Shown: one piece after another, positions 51,107-62,600 of the stretch
Numbering within the stretch: the first letter of the stretch is position 1
Layout: each line of letters begins with the position of its first letter
Source: Barthelona sp. PCE
Lineage: Eukaryota
Assembly: GCA_040285745.1 (NCBI GenBank)
Contig: JAUFOR010000002.1
Location: 1,240,001 to 1,304,000 of the forward strand
Reading direction: 5' to 3'
DNA: 64,000 bases
Program-made: the position numbers and the translations under genes
Notes under the pieces: generated by a model
What the model saw: only the letters and a program-made list of their open reading frames with translations
Databases searched by the model: none
What the model was told of the DNA's origin: nothing

Positions 51107-53203
51107 ATGCCACGACCTAGACAGAGCAGGCATCAAATATCTGCCGAAAAGTACAGGGACTTTGTAATTGACTTTGAAAGGGACAATATTCAGATTAGCG
51201 TTCATCAAACTCCTGTTGCTCTTGAAAATATGCATGATACTTCATTTATTGGCCAACACATTCATGATTTGGGAAGCCATATGATGACCAAGTACATTTA
51301 CACGTATTGTGATGGGTATTACTTTGCTGAACTGAACCCTCCTGAATCTCAAGAAGACCCATGGACAATTACCATTGTCACAGCAAAGGACTTTGAGGAG
51401 CAGTTAAAGGAAGAAAGGGATCCTATCAAAATGCCCGTTGAAGTTGATAGAAGGCAACGTTACTTAACTGACCCTTTTAGATTTTTAAATGAATCTTACT
51501 TTGTTTATGGATATGAAGAAGATGTAGCACCCGACTATCCTTTGGTCTTTGTGCTGTCAGATGTGCAACAAAACCATCACAAGTATACGAATTACAGTTC
51601 TGTCAAGGTTCGTGATAGTAATTGTGTTACCTTCATCAGAAATCATGTTAACGAAAACAGCCCTATCTATGCAATTGTCTTCGATGGAACGTTGTTTCCC
51701 AATGCCGAAGATCACTTGAGGGAGATTATTTTCGACGATGCTTGGGATTTGCACAATTATAATGCCGTAGAGTGTTCCAATTTAAAGGTTGTTTTGTTCT
51801 GGAAGAGAGATGAGGAAGAGAAGTTGGAGAAATTACATGCAGTAGATGTTGAAGGTAATACTATGAATCTCCTTACCAAATATCCACAGTTGAGTGAGCT
51901 AGAGAATTTTGATACAAGTCGTCTTTTTATTCATATCTTTACTGATGATGAGTTCTGTTTCACGTTTACTAACCGCAATTTCGCAACAACTGTCCATATG
52001 TATGATGGAGTGATGAAGAAGACAACAGGGATGCTTGATTTGTTTAATTCTCATGTTAAGCATGACATATCTCTACTAGAACCCTGCTTCAACAACCCAG
52101 TCACGGAATACTATGGCACTGATCCATCACATAGCAATACAATGAAGTATAGAGTCATTGATTCAAAGTACGAATTGTTTCACACCGATTGTTTCAATGT
52201 TTCCAATGTTCTCCCTGGTGTTTCACGCATCGAGTGCGATAACTATTTTGTTTATTTCTTTTTGTCCGAAAAAAGAATCGTCTTTGTTCATCATAATCGC
52301 AAGCAAAAAATCGAGTCTATGATTCGTATGGACACTGATACACCACAGATCTTATACAGGGAGGGGCAGGTCGTTAAGTTGGTGCAGTATAACCGTGATA
52401 TAAGTCAGTATGATGTTCTGTTTTCACATGAAAATCTGGAGGTCCGACACATGAAAGCATGGTACGTTATTTCTGTTGTTTATGAGGACGGAGAGGCTAA
52501 AATTCATCTGAATAATACGTGTATTCTGACGCTAAATGCTGAAGAAGAGTACATGAAGAGTTGTAAGGCAGAAGAAGGATTTGTCTTCATTCACACATCA
52601 GAAAGATCCATTTTGTTTATTTTAGATGAATCTTTCAGAGTTATCAACAAGCATGGTTATGGAACTCCCATAAAGGGTAAGCCATCCATCAAGATATGCG
52701 ACGGAAAGTATTTATATCTAGCGGAAACTGACGTTAATTTCAGGGAAAATCTACTCAGCTTGAATATTACGGTCATTGATGTTGTTACAGGAATGAAATA
52801 CCACAAGGACGGATGCCTTGTAGGTGAAATGATTGATAACAAGTACGGGATGCGAGATTGGGTTTCTGATCGAACATTCGTTACTCTCCCATTGAACGGT
52901 GTTGTTGAATGCTGTTTCAATGAAGATACAAAGGAAATAAGTACTTTTTATTACGAAATATCAGCAGAACTGCCTTTAATAGGTGAAAGTTGGAGTAGAA
53001 AGTTTGGATATTTAGAAGAGTTAACATACAAACCGGAAACTAAGGGGATGCTATGGAAAAAGTGGCTCATTGATCTTCACGTTGAGAACTACGTTGAAAT
53101 ATCAGAAGACCATTACTTAGTTGCTGATTTCTTTGCTGAGGCCAGTATTGAACATATATTACTTCCGGATGTTAGTGAGACTGATATATTATCAACTATT
53201 TAA
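51107..53203 (+). CDS. Hypothetical beta-rich protein
   Basis: About 700-aa ORF from the first ATG (MPRPRQSRH). Confidence 0.75.
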   Translation: MPRPRQSRHQISAEKYRDFVIDFERDNIQISVHQTPVALENMHDTSFIGQHIHDLGSHMMTKYIYTYCDGYYFAELNPPESQEDPWTITIVTAKDFEEQLKEERDPIKMPVEVDRRQRYLTDPFRFLNESYFVYGYEEDVAPDYPLVFVLSDVQQNHHKYTNYSSVKVRDSNCVTFIRNHVNENSPIYAIVFDGTLFPNAEDHLREIIFDDAWDLHNYNAVECSNLKVVLFWKRDEEEKLEKLHAVDVEGNTMNLLTKYPQLSELENFDTSRLFIHIFTDDEFCFTFTNRNFATTVHMYDGVMKKTTGMLDLFNSHVKHDISLLEPCFNNPVTEYYGTDPSHSNTMKYRVIDSKYELFHTDCFNVSNVLPGVSRIECDNYFVYFFLSEKRIVFVHHNRKQKIESMIRMDTDTPQILYREGQVVKLVQYNRDISQYDVLFSHENLEVRHMKAWYVISVVYEDGEAKIHLNNTCILTLNAEEEYMKSCKAEEGFVFIHTSERSILFILDESFRVINKHGYGTPIKGKPSIKICDGKYLYLAETDVNFRENLLSLNITVIDVVTGMKYHKDGCLVGEMIDNKYGMRDWVSDRTFVTLPLNGVVECCFNEDTKEISTFYYEISAELPLIGESWSRKFGYLEELTYKPETKGMLWKKWLIDLHVENYVEISEDHYLVADFFAEASIEHILLPDVSETDILSTI

Positions 53204-53206
53204 GCA

Positions 53207-55249
53207 CTAATCAAACGAATATAAATTGTATTCATTATATTTTCTTGGAAGAGGAAGCTTCAGCTCAAAATATTCAGCTCTAGTTAATAAATCTGTTAAT
53301 GGAAAATCACTTTTTGAAATAGTAAACTCCAAAGGATCATCAGTATCAAGTTCTATTGTTGTCTCAACAACCGTACGATTCTCTATCTTGATGGAGTATA
53401 TCACCCCATCATGAATACAAGTTCTGCCCAATGGTAAATCAAAAGTAACAACCTCATTCGGGATGGGACACTGTTTATCCCAATAATAAATTCCATTTTC
53501 AAGTACAAAATGCTGTTCTGTCCATCCAATGATAGCACACTTATTCTTTTGCTTCGTATATGCTACGTTACCCGTTTCCAAATCGATTAACGCTAACTTT
53601 GTTTTGTTAATGTAACTAGCCAATAGTGTGGGATTTTCTGGTGATATTCTTGCCATGTGAGGTGTGAAAAGTAAATTTGTGTGATAAACGCTGGAAATTC
53701 CCTGTTCTAGATCAAAAACATGAACATCATGCTTGAACTCAAGCACAACATAGGGTAATGCAATCATAAGCACATTAAATGAAGAACCAAAGGCATAGGT
53801 TTGTAGCAATGTGTCCCCAGTGCTCGACACCAACCTAAAATACCTTCGATCCACGTCACCGTAATGAATTTGCAGATCAATGTGTTTTTCGTGCTGTAAT
53901 ATATCATCTGTGTACTTCTGGATCGCATATAACATGGCCCCGCTGCGCTCATCTTTGAAAACGTTCATGTAAAGATTGGGATCATACTCAATATAAAAGC
54001 TATCGACAGAACGCTTTAAACTGTCTACCAAATGACAACTAATAACCCAACACCGCGCATATAACTTGTGTAGTGTCTCATGTATAAACGGAGATGATGA
54101 AGTAGTTATACAATTTGCATTCATACTTAGTTTCATATTTAGGTATGTTAACGTTGGATCTTCAGTGAGTGTAATGTGCACAGCTGAGATTTCACTGCCA
54201 AATAAAACCAGTCTCTGATCTCCATCCATGCTGAGTTTTGCGTTAGAAAACTCCCCAGCCAGTATACAGTTGGACACATCCTTGAGCATATGAAAATCTA
54301 GTATTCCTGTATGTTCTTGTAGATTTCCTCTGGTGGAACGGGTAAAGAGGGACCTTACCAGTCCAAAGCGATTAAAATCACCGAAGAACTGATAACATTC
54401 GCCATATCGCAATGAATTCGAAATAGTACGAATGCTATCGTTAGTAGCATGATATATATGCAGTTTTCCGTGCTCTTCCGTACAAAATATTCCGTTTAAA
54501 GGCGAATAACTAAAAATAAACCCAAATTTCACAAAACCATCCATGCGAAAAACAAAAGATTCAACATCTATATCGCAATCATATATCTCACACGTTTCAT
54601 AAGGCATGGGTATGATTCCCATTGCGTTTCTATTAACAATTGGAAATATTCTACAGCTCGGAAATGTACGAACATGCTCAAAAGTCTTGGATTCAATATC
54701 AAATCTATGAATCAAGGTGTCTTGGTTCTGTTGGCTGTCAAATGCTATTAAACAACCTGAAACACACCTAAAACAACGTGAGTAAATCGCAGTTTCAATT
54801 ATCTCGTTGCTAATAAGATCGCAACATAGCAGTGGTGTATCATTTCTTCTCACAATTATGAGAGCAATGTCAGGTGTCATGGCTGCAACTGTGAGTCTTG
54901 TTGGTTGAAAATTGGATATAGTGAAACTACGATGAATGGTCTCTGTAACATTACATGATTCATCGATAAGGAAAAATACAAATCTGAACTCATCAGCTTT
55001 GATGCGCTGAAGAAAGTAAAAATGATCAGAAAGTTGACAACGTTGAAACAAACGATTCTTACCTGAGTTACACACATCAACATGATGGTCCAGTCTACAC
55101 AGAGCAATTTCTCTATCGCTGTCTAAACTTGGAATGCCTTCAAAATCCAAAAAGTTGGTTGTGCCATCCTCAACAGCAAAAACGCTATTTCCGTAAGAAA
55201 GAATCCCACCTATGTGATCAACTATGTGATTTTCGATTCTTCTAGGCAT
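53207..55249 (-). CDS. Hypothetical beta-rich protein
   Basis: About 680-aa ORF from the first ATG (MPRRIENH), convergent with the previous gene. Confidence 0.75.
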   Translation of the reverse strand: MPRRIENHIVDHIGGILSYGNSVFAVEDGTTNFLDFEGIPSLDSDREIALCRLDHHVDVCNSGKNRLFQRCQLSDHFYFLQRIKADEFRFVFFLIDESCNVTETIHRSFTISNFQPTRLTVAAMTPDIALIIVRRNDTPLLCCDLISNEIIETAIYSRCFRCVSGCLIAFDSQQNQDTLIHRFDIESKTFEHVRTFPSCRIFPIVNRNAMGIIPMPYETCEIYDCDIDVESFVFRMDGFVKFGFIFSYSPLNGIFCTEEHGKLHIYHATNDSIRTISNSLRYGECYQFFGDFNRFGLVRSLFTRSTRGNLQEHTGILDFHMLKDVSNCILAGEFSNAKLSMDGDQRLVLFGSEISAVHITLTEDPTLTYLNMKLSMNANCITTSSSPFIHETLHKLYARCWVISCHLVDSLKRSVDSFYIEYDPNLYMNVFKDERSGAMLYAIQKYTDDILQHEKHIDLQIHYGDVDRRYFRLVSSTGDTLLQTYAFGSSFNVLMIALPYVVLEFKHDVHVFDLEQGISSVYHTNLLFTPHMARISPENPTLLASYINKTKLALIDLETGNVAYTKQKNKCAIIGWTEQHFVLENGIYYWDKQCPIPNEVVTFDLPLGRTCIHDGVIYSIKIENRTVVETTIELDTDDPLEFTISKSDFPLTDLLTRAEYFELKLPLPRKYNEYNLYSFD

Positions 55250-55556
55250 AAACAAAACTATTTAACCACTAAAAAATTGGTTGAACTGTATAAAAAAGCC
55301 GAATACGAGTCTTTCAGGAACAAGCAGTGTACTGAGAGCCACATTCGAACTTAAATCCATGTACTTTATCTATTCACTCTGTTTCAATACTGCCAGTCTC
55401 TAAAAGAAAAATAAAGTATTGAATTTCATAAATTTTGGAGCTTCAAATTGACAGGAGACCAGATTTACCCTTCATATTGTGTGCAACAACGAGAGACATA
55501 CATCAATCTCCTCGTTAATGTGATTTATTCCTATTTCCACAGTTAAATATCTTAGT

Positions 55557-56567
55557 ATGTCAGATCCTACTCACAAGAACGATATCACGCCGATTTATGA
55601 AATTCAAACGGAAGAGAAATCTTCAAACGAGAATTCTTCCGTTAGTTCGGCTCCTGTTCAAGTTTTAGATGTTTCAGCACCTCTCATTGATAGAATCCCG
55701 CCAAATTCCGATAATGTTACGGTCAGAACAAGTTCACTGATCATATTCCTATCATTTTTGCGTGATAGAACCTGGACAATAGTTACGACATCAATGGGTA
55801 GATGGAACGAGCTGGGAGTTGCTCTGATGTTCTTTGCCATTCAACTGATTCCTTTATTGATCCCTGAACTTTTTGATTCTATCTTTGTCATGATTGTTAT
55901 GCCGATTATGTTCTACTCTCAAATCCGTTACTTCAAGACTGGGTACTGGACTGTTGAAAATAATCTCTTTATTAAAGGTTTAGTATTCTGCTTGAACTTT
56001 TGCGATTGGTTTTTCCTGTTTGCTGTTCTCAGTATGGTTGCTGCTAAACTTGTTGCTGAAGCTGTGATTGTTGTACTTCTTCTGCCTACTATCTATTTAT
56101 TTGTTTTTGCAAAGCGTGCCTGCCAAGGCGGTGAAATTATTGATCGTTTTTGTTTTACTATCTTTGTTTTTTGTATTTTTGCTGCTTCTACCGCAGTTTT
56201 AATGACCAGAATTGTTTCATCTGGCAGTTTCATTGTTCCGTTACTGCTATATATTGTATTAATCATTATCATAGCTTTGTTTTTGATTAAATTCTTCCAG
56301 TTGGAAGATCGAAAGTCGTTGAATATTTTTGAAAAGTTTGCTTTAGTTAACGTCTTGGTGCCTATCTTATACCACGGTGCCTTGTTTGCCTACTGTTTAC
56401 GTGCCTTGTTCTGTTATTTTGCTAATATTGATATCGTTTATCGCTTTGAAGATGCGTTTGTATCTCTTCTCGGTGGTATAGCTCTCATTTCGTTAGTGTA
56501 TGTTGCATACAATGTCTTTAGTGCATGCTCCAAGTCAAGCGTTGATGATTATTTGGAAAGTGTATAA
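55557..56567 (+). CDS. Hypothetical multi-pass membrane protein
   Basis: 336 aa; disordered N-terminus followed by about 8 hydrophobic segments. Confidence 0.75.
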   Translation: MSDPTHKNDITPIYEIQTEEKSSNENSSVSSAPVQVLDVSAPLIDRIPPNSDNVTVRTSSLIIFLSFLRDRTWTIVTTSMGRWNELGVALMFFAIQLIPLLIPELFDSIFVMIVMPIMFYSQIRYFKTGYWTVENNLFIKGLVFCLNFCDWFFLFAVLSMVAAKLVAEAVIVVLLLPTIYLFVFAKRACQGGEIIDRFCFTIFVFCIFAASTAVLMTRIVSSGSFIVPLLLYIVLIIIIALFLIKFFQLEDRKSLNIFEKFALVNVLVPILYHGALFAYCLRALFCYFANIDIVYRFEDAFVSLLGGIALISLVYVAYNVFSACSKSSVDDYLESV

Positions 56568-56632
56568 CACTCCATTATTCCACTATGTCTATTTTTTCCC
56601 TTATCCTTTGTTTATATGTAAATAAATTTGTT

Positions 56633-59600
56633 TTATTCGGTGGTATTCTTTAATGTAGGCAATTTTTTGAAGATACTCTCAATAGGAACTATGAAATTTT
56701 TATGCAAGCTCTTTGGAATAATAACTTCAGGGTTATCAAAGCCCAACAATCCAAGAATCTTATTGAAATCTGCCTTTGCACCGCCAATAGCATCCAATCT
56801 AGGAGCTAAATTAAAGCTACGCACTTCATAGTGGAAAGGTAAAACCTGTTTGATCGATTTGACCTTATCAGCTTCATTCTCTTCTCCCTTTTCTCTTGTT
56901 TGTAACTCTTCCACGTACGATGATACGGTGCTACGGAAAAGATCGTAAAGATTCTTGTTCAGACTGACCTTTATAGCATCTTCAAAGTGTGATTCAAAAG
57001 CAACAACAACATCTATGCAATCAGTGGGTTCCTTCTGCACTGATATCATCTTCATTTCACCATTCGGGATCCGGAGAATGCTCGTAGCTGTGTGGTCGGA
57101 CAATCTCTCAGACATTTGTCGGGCAACTGGGTTGTTTGCAGCAAGCATGCTCAGGAAAACATCATTAATTACCAGAAGACAGTCCCTGGCAATGTGGTTT
57201 TGAAGCGTGTAAGCGTTAAGTTCCATCTCGAACCCTTCTATCATAACACTCACCCATTGCCTACTGTATATGTCTGCTGGGAAAATATTTGCACGCACGT
57301 TACGTATGTTTGCAGTGAAAAAGAACGACATAGAATCATAAAACTCATCCTTCAGTGTTTCAGCAGCAGCTTGTGTGGTTATTTCATGAATAATAGATTC
57401 ATCACTCAATGATGGCGATGGAGACTGCGATGGAGACGAAGAACTGGCGTATCTGAACCCAATTTCTTCAGTTGCCTTGTTGATGTACATTTCTTGTATG
57501 CTCTGCAAAACATCCAGCAAAGAAGGAACAGTTTGCGCGCTGAGTACAATGTCGATCGTATCTATATCCAACAAAGCAATGTGTTCATAGATGTGCTCTC
57601 CTACTGCCTCAACAACCTCATCGGGCATGTCTGCGATTAAAACAACGATTCCATTGTTCGTGAAACTTAACAGGTGGTGTAATCTGTATTCTAGAACACC
57701 GTTGATACTGTCAATAGAAAAGCGTGAACCTGACTCTCCGCGATTGGGGTACATGAACCGAGAAAAGTTGAGATTGGCGAACTGGAATCCGCCCTTAAGT
57801 GCACCCATAGCCTCCAATTCGATGTGCGCGAGCATAAAGTTCAGGTAGAGTTTCGACTCGTCAAAAAGACGGGCAGTAAACACGGGCTGCGAAAATGTGA
57901 GGGAGACCTCACCAACCTTTGAGCCCAAATCAGCACTAAGACGGATATGTTTCAAATTACAAGATACAACAACAGTCTTAAAGGCTTTCTTCCTCTTCCT
58001 CTTCTTTTTCCTCTTCTTGTGCTTCTTTCGTTTCTTCTTCAACTGCTGGGGAGGAGATTTGATGGCAACTAGCTTCTTATCATGTTCAAGCTTCTCGTTA
58101 ACCTCAGCAATGTCGTCGACGGCGGGTTTGTAATTCTCAATCATGGTCTTCAGTAACTCAATGTTGGGGAGCTCGACGTTGCTTTCCAGAGAACCGAGCT
58201 CGGTTGTAATGATGATATGGGGATTCTCAGTAATTCCTGTGCACATCTGGACGTTTGTCTTAAAACCATTAATCTTACTCTTGAAGAAGGTCGTCAACGA
58301 ACGATGCACCCTCGATGACAACTGGCACGTGATATTGGGTGCCTCAATCGTTGCAGCTGAGATGACTGCCCCTGTTGCAAGTGTAGACGAAAATGTCAGC
58401 GCTGTACGTTTCAGATCAACAGAGAGTGTTGTAGATACGTCTTCGGCTGGAATTGATACGCCAACACGATCTATATACAGAGCGACTGCGAAGGAAGAAT
58501 TCGACGTTGACATTAAGCTCTTCTGCTCACGCATCCTACGTGTCTGTACTTCTAGTTTCAGTTTCTTTTTCTGCTTTTCCTTTGTCTTCGACACTTCATA
58601 ATTGTAAAGCAACTGGTTAGTTAACTCCGCTGTCGCATGCGTCTCCCATGTGCTGACAGAGTCAACCATCTGATGGAATAAATCGTTACCGTTTGGAATC
58701 TCAGACAAGATACTAACAGTATTAATAACATAATCTTTAAACTGCGGTGTGAAATCGATAACAAACTTTGAAATACGAACCATACAGCCAAAATTCAGAG
58801 GTATATCAACTGCATTCGAGAATTGACCGTTCATAATAGTTACAGGGAATATTATCTCCTGAACAACATCCTCAGTATCTTCACGGCAAACAACAGCTAT
58901 CTTATCAATTTGAATATTGTAGTTGATAACAATCGTCTTCTTTGGCGTCGTGCTTAAGGAAACAAGCACAGAATTAATTGGATCACCGGTCTCCTGGTCC
59001 ATCGACACATCAGTAGCAGTGGTGATTGTTACACCAGACTTTCCACTGAGAGTAGATCTGTTATCGATCGAACCCACGCCCAACACATTCATCTGCTTGC
59101 GGACAAATAACGAGTCGAGCTGCCACTGCGAAAGAATCACCTTGAAGTGCTTCAGATGCGCTGGCAATACATTAAATATGAGGGGACGGCAGTTAAGAAC
59201 AGATGTTAACGAGAGCTCGTTTTCTGTCATTGGACCGCTAATTTTAACACTCAGACCACTGAAATCAACAAAAACTCCGCTGTTTGTGAGTGCGGTCAGC
59301 TGTGATACACGTAATAACGTAGTAAGTATGGACTTTTTCAGATCATGTCTTCTTCGACCAACAATGCTAAGATCCCGTAAGTTGATCTCCAGGATGTGGG
59401 GATCATTAGTTACGTCATCAAGCGGTGAAACACTTGGGAGGAATACCCCGATTGTTCGTAACTCGACCCCAAAACCAATGGACTTGAGGATGCTCGACGT
59501 TGAGCTCTTTGTCTTCTCCATCATGTCGTTAATGGCCTGCTGTGTCTCCGCAAACGAAGCACCAGGTGGTAATGAACTGACGACACTCTTCTGCTTGTTA

Positions 59601-62600
59601 GAGGAGAAAACCTTTGCGAAGAAACGGCTGAACATATTAAGTGAGCGAATACTGGCTGGGTATATTGTGCAGTCGATATCATGCAACATAAGAGAAATGA
59701 AAGGTACGTCGATGGTCGACAGTTCGTTACTGATAACCATGCTCAGCTTAGAATCAATTAGACAGACTGAATCATGTACAACACCTCTCACATTGAACTT
59801 ATGTGCCAGAAGCTGAATTGATGTGTCAGTAAACTTGATATTGAAATTCGTCTTCAGTTCTTTACGCACGTCGATCTCTATAAGACCAGTCTCAAGTTTG
59901 ACACTGCTAGCTGGACTTTCTGCGGTAATGCCTATTCCATTAAAGAAAATCTTCACGTCAATAGGTTTAACATCGATTGATTTGCTACTGGCACGCATCT
60001 CTTTGCGCTCAGTCCAAATCTCCTTGGTTCCGCTGATGAGCTGCTGAGTCGTTGATTGCTTGCCGAACTGGACCATTTTCTCCATCACTGGCAACAAACT
60101 CTTCTGAAGCGTTTCCTGCAAAGATAAAATTTGTTGAATGAATGCTGATGTAACTGTTGTTTCCATACGCGCAATGCAAAGTGCAATTTCACTACATCCA
60201 CTTTCATTTTGAGTCTTCCACACAGTTGTTTTGGGTAACTGAACCTCCGTAACGTTATCGGAAGATGTTGTTGTAATAACTGTCTTTGTCAGCTCAAACG
60301 CTAATAAAGGTGAGTGGCGATTGTTAAACGAAAGAAGTACAGGGGTGAACTTGATAGATATATTATGATTATCGCTGGGAAGGTTAACCGTAATTTCAGG
60401 AATATTACAGTTAAAGAGGACAACAGTCGGTACGGTGTGCTCGGGTACAGCAAGGCCTGAAGCTGAACGCGTGTGCTTGCGTGACCCTGTTGCAACACTA
60501 CCACTGAAATCTGTTCCCTGTTCACTAGCATTGGGCAAGAAGAGCGATAGGGATTTAGTAACGTTATCGGGAAGATTATCCCCGTAAACGTTTATGATAT
60601 GTGAAAACAACTTTGCCTTTGTACTTTCACTGACAGCAGTCGGAATACTGAGTGAATCACTCTGCGCACGGTTATTGATGAGGGGTTTGGGCGCCGCATA
60701 CCAACCCGGCAGCAAACTCTCAAAAAATGTTCCCAACGTAACCCAGAACACCGAATTTGCTGGAACATGAAGAGCAATGTTCATATTAAGCGCGTTGTTT
60801 AACGTCCTAATAACATCCTCATCGGCAGCCTGATGTGGTGTGAGAGCAGCTAAATTGAAGAACATGTTCTGAATGGAAAAGAGTGATTCAAACTTTTCAT
60901 CATAACCAGCACTGAAAACGATACTGTTAATATTGACTGATGATGATCTTTCGAGAACGAGGTAGTTTTCGCAGTGGATTCGACCACCCGTCGTTGGGTA
61001 TTGCGTATCAACAATACTGCACTGTGAAAGTGATACAGCTATTGCTGAATGCAAATTTGAATTCTCCAAAACCACAGAGACCTTACTGATGTTAATCAGT
61101 AGAGTTTGTACATCGTTGTTACCAGAAAAGCTTACAGTTTTCTTCCTCGAGAAAGAATCCATCTTACCAATTACATCAATAGCCAAATCAACGTCCTCTT
61201 CAGACATTTGTGGAGAAATGTAAGGTCCAAGGATCTCCATAAGATCCTTTGTTGATTTACGCATAGGGGAGCGCGGTGTGATGACGAGGTTCATGTTCTC
61301 AACCTGTTGTGGAGAAGCAAAGTTAAACGGTGTCAAGGAATTCTTATCATTCTTGAAAATGAACGGATCAACCATTGAAGATATCGTGTCCGAACGCTTA
61401 GGAGTGGTTAAGTACTGTAGAGGTTCCTCCTCATCCTTTTGAGCTTGTCTCAAAATCTCTCTCAGCTGACGAGTGGCACTGGCTTTGTTGAACTGCCTCT
61501 CAGAACGCTGCTGTGCCTTATACCCCTTGCTAATACGGCTCAGATACTCACGTGCAATGTGCTCGTGGTTGACCATCTCCAAATATGAAAATACAGTCTT
61601 GTATAGTTCGGGTTCGCCATGAACAAGCACCGATTCAACAATAACAGATGTAATATAGCGTTTTGCGTTGTTGAACCCGAGAACAAACCTTCCGTTATTG
61701 ATCACAACATCCATATCATTCTTAACCTCATTATTGCCATTAATATGCATACTGAGACGACTGACTGAAATCTGCAAATCATGCTTCTGCTTCTTAATCT
61801 TGCCGGTCGTCTTCTGCTTCTTAGGTTGATCATTTTGAAGCTCATAAAGCACCAACAGTTGATCAATAATGGATTCTTTAACATCTGCTGGTAGGAAGAA
61901 AAGATCTTCAAACAGTTTCTCGATAGATGTATTATACTCATCTTTAAGTGGTGTCATTACGCGTAGGGCAAACATTTGCTGTAATTCTGGTTTCGAGACT
62001 GTTTTGAGCGTCTTAAACGCGCTCTTAAGCCGATCGCTCGCCAGATCTTTATACGTTGCAATAAGACGATGCACCACATGCGGTAAACACGGTGCAATGA
62101 CCGTTTTAAATGATTCAATACTGACAATCTGCTTGTCTGCAGACTTATAAGCAGCCAAATACAGCTGTGGTTTCTTAACTGACATTGCAAAGACACTCAT
62201 TCCGACAGCTGAGACTGAACCAGGGAGCATACTGCATGCAACACCAGTAAAATACTTTGGCGATCCAAGACATGTCAGGTTACATGTCAACTCGTCCACT
62301 GATACGCATAGTGCGCTGGACTGTTGAGATGTGTTACGCCTCTGAACGAATGAGAGCATGCGCACATCAACTGCAAGTATCATATCCAATGACTGGATCA
62401 TAGGAATTGCTGTTGTCACTGTCCTGTTCATCTCTTGGGCAAACGCAGGAGGAACAGTGCCCACAAAAGCGTTTGTGTATAAAGGAACATCGAAACGAAT
62501 ACCAATCAGGTGGGTTTCCATAAGGGAACGTATCTTGACGTTGTCGGTGTTTGTGCTAAAGACACCCGAGATACTCTTATCTAATAATTGGTCGAAAGAG

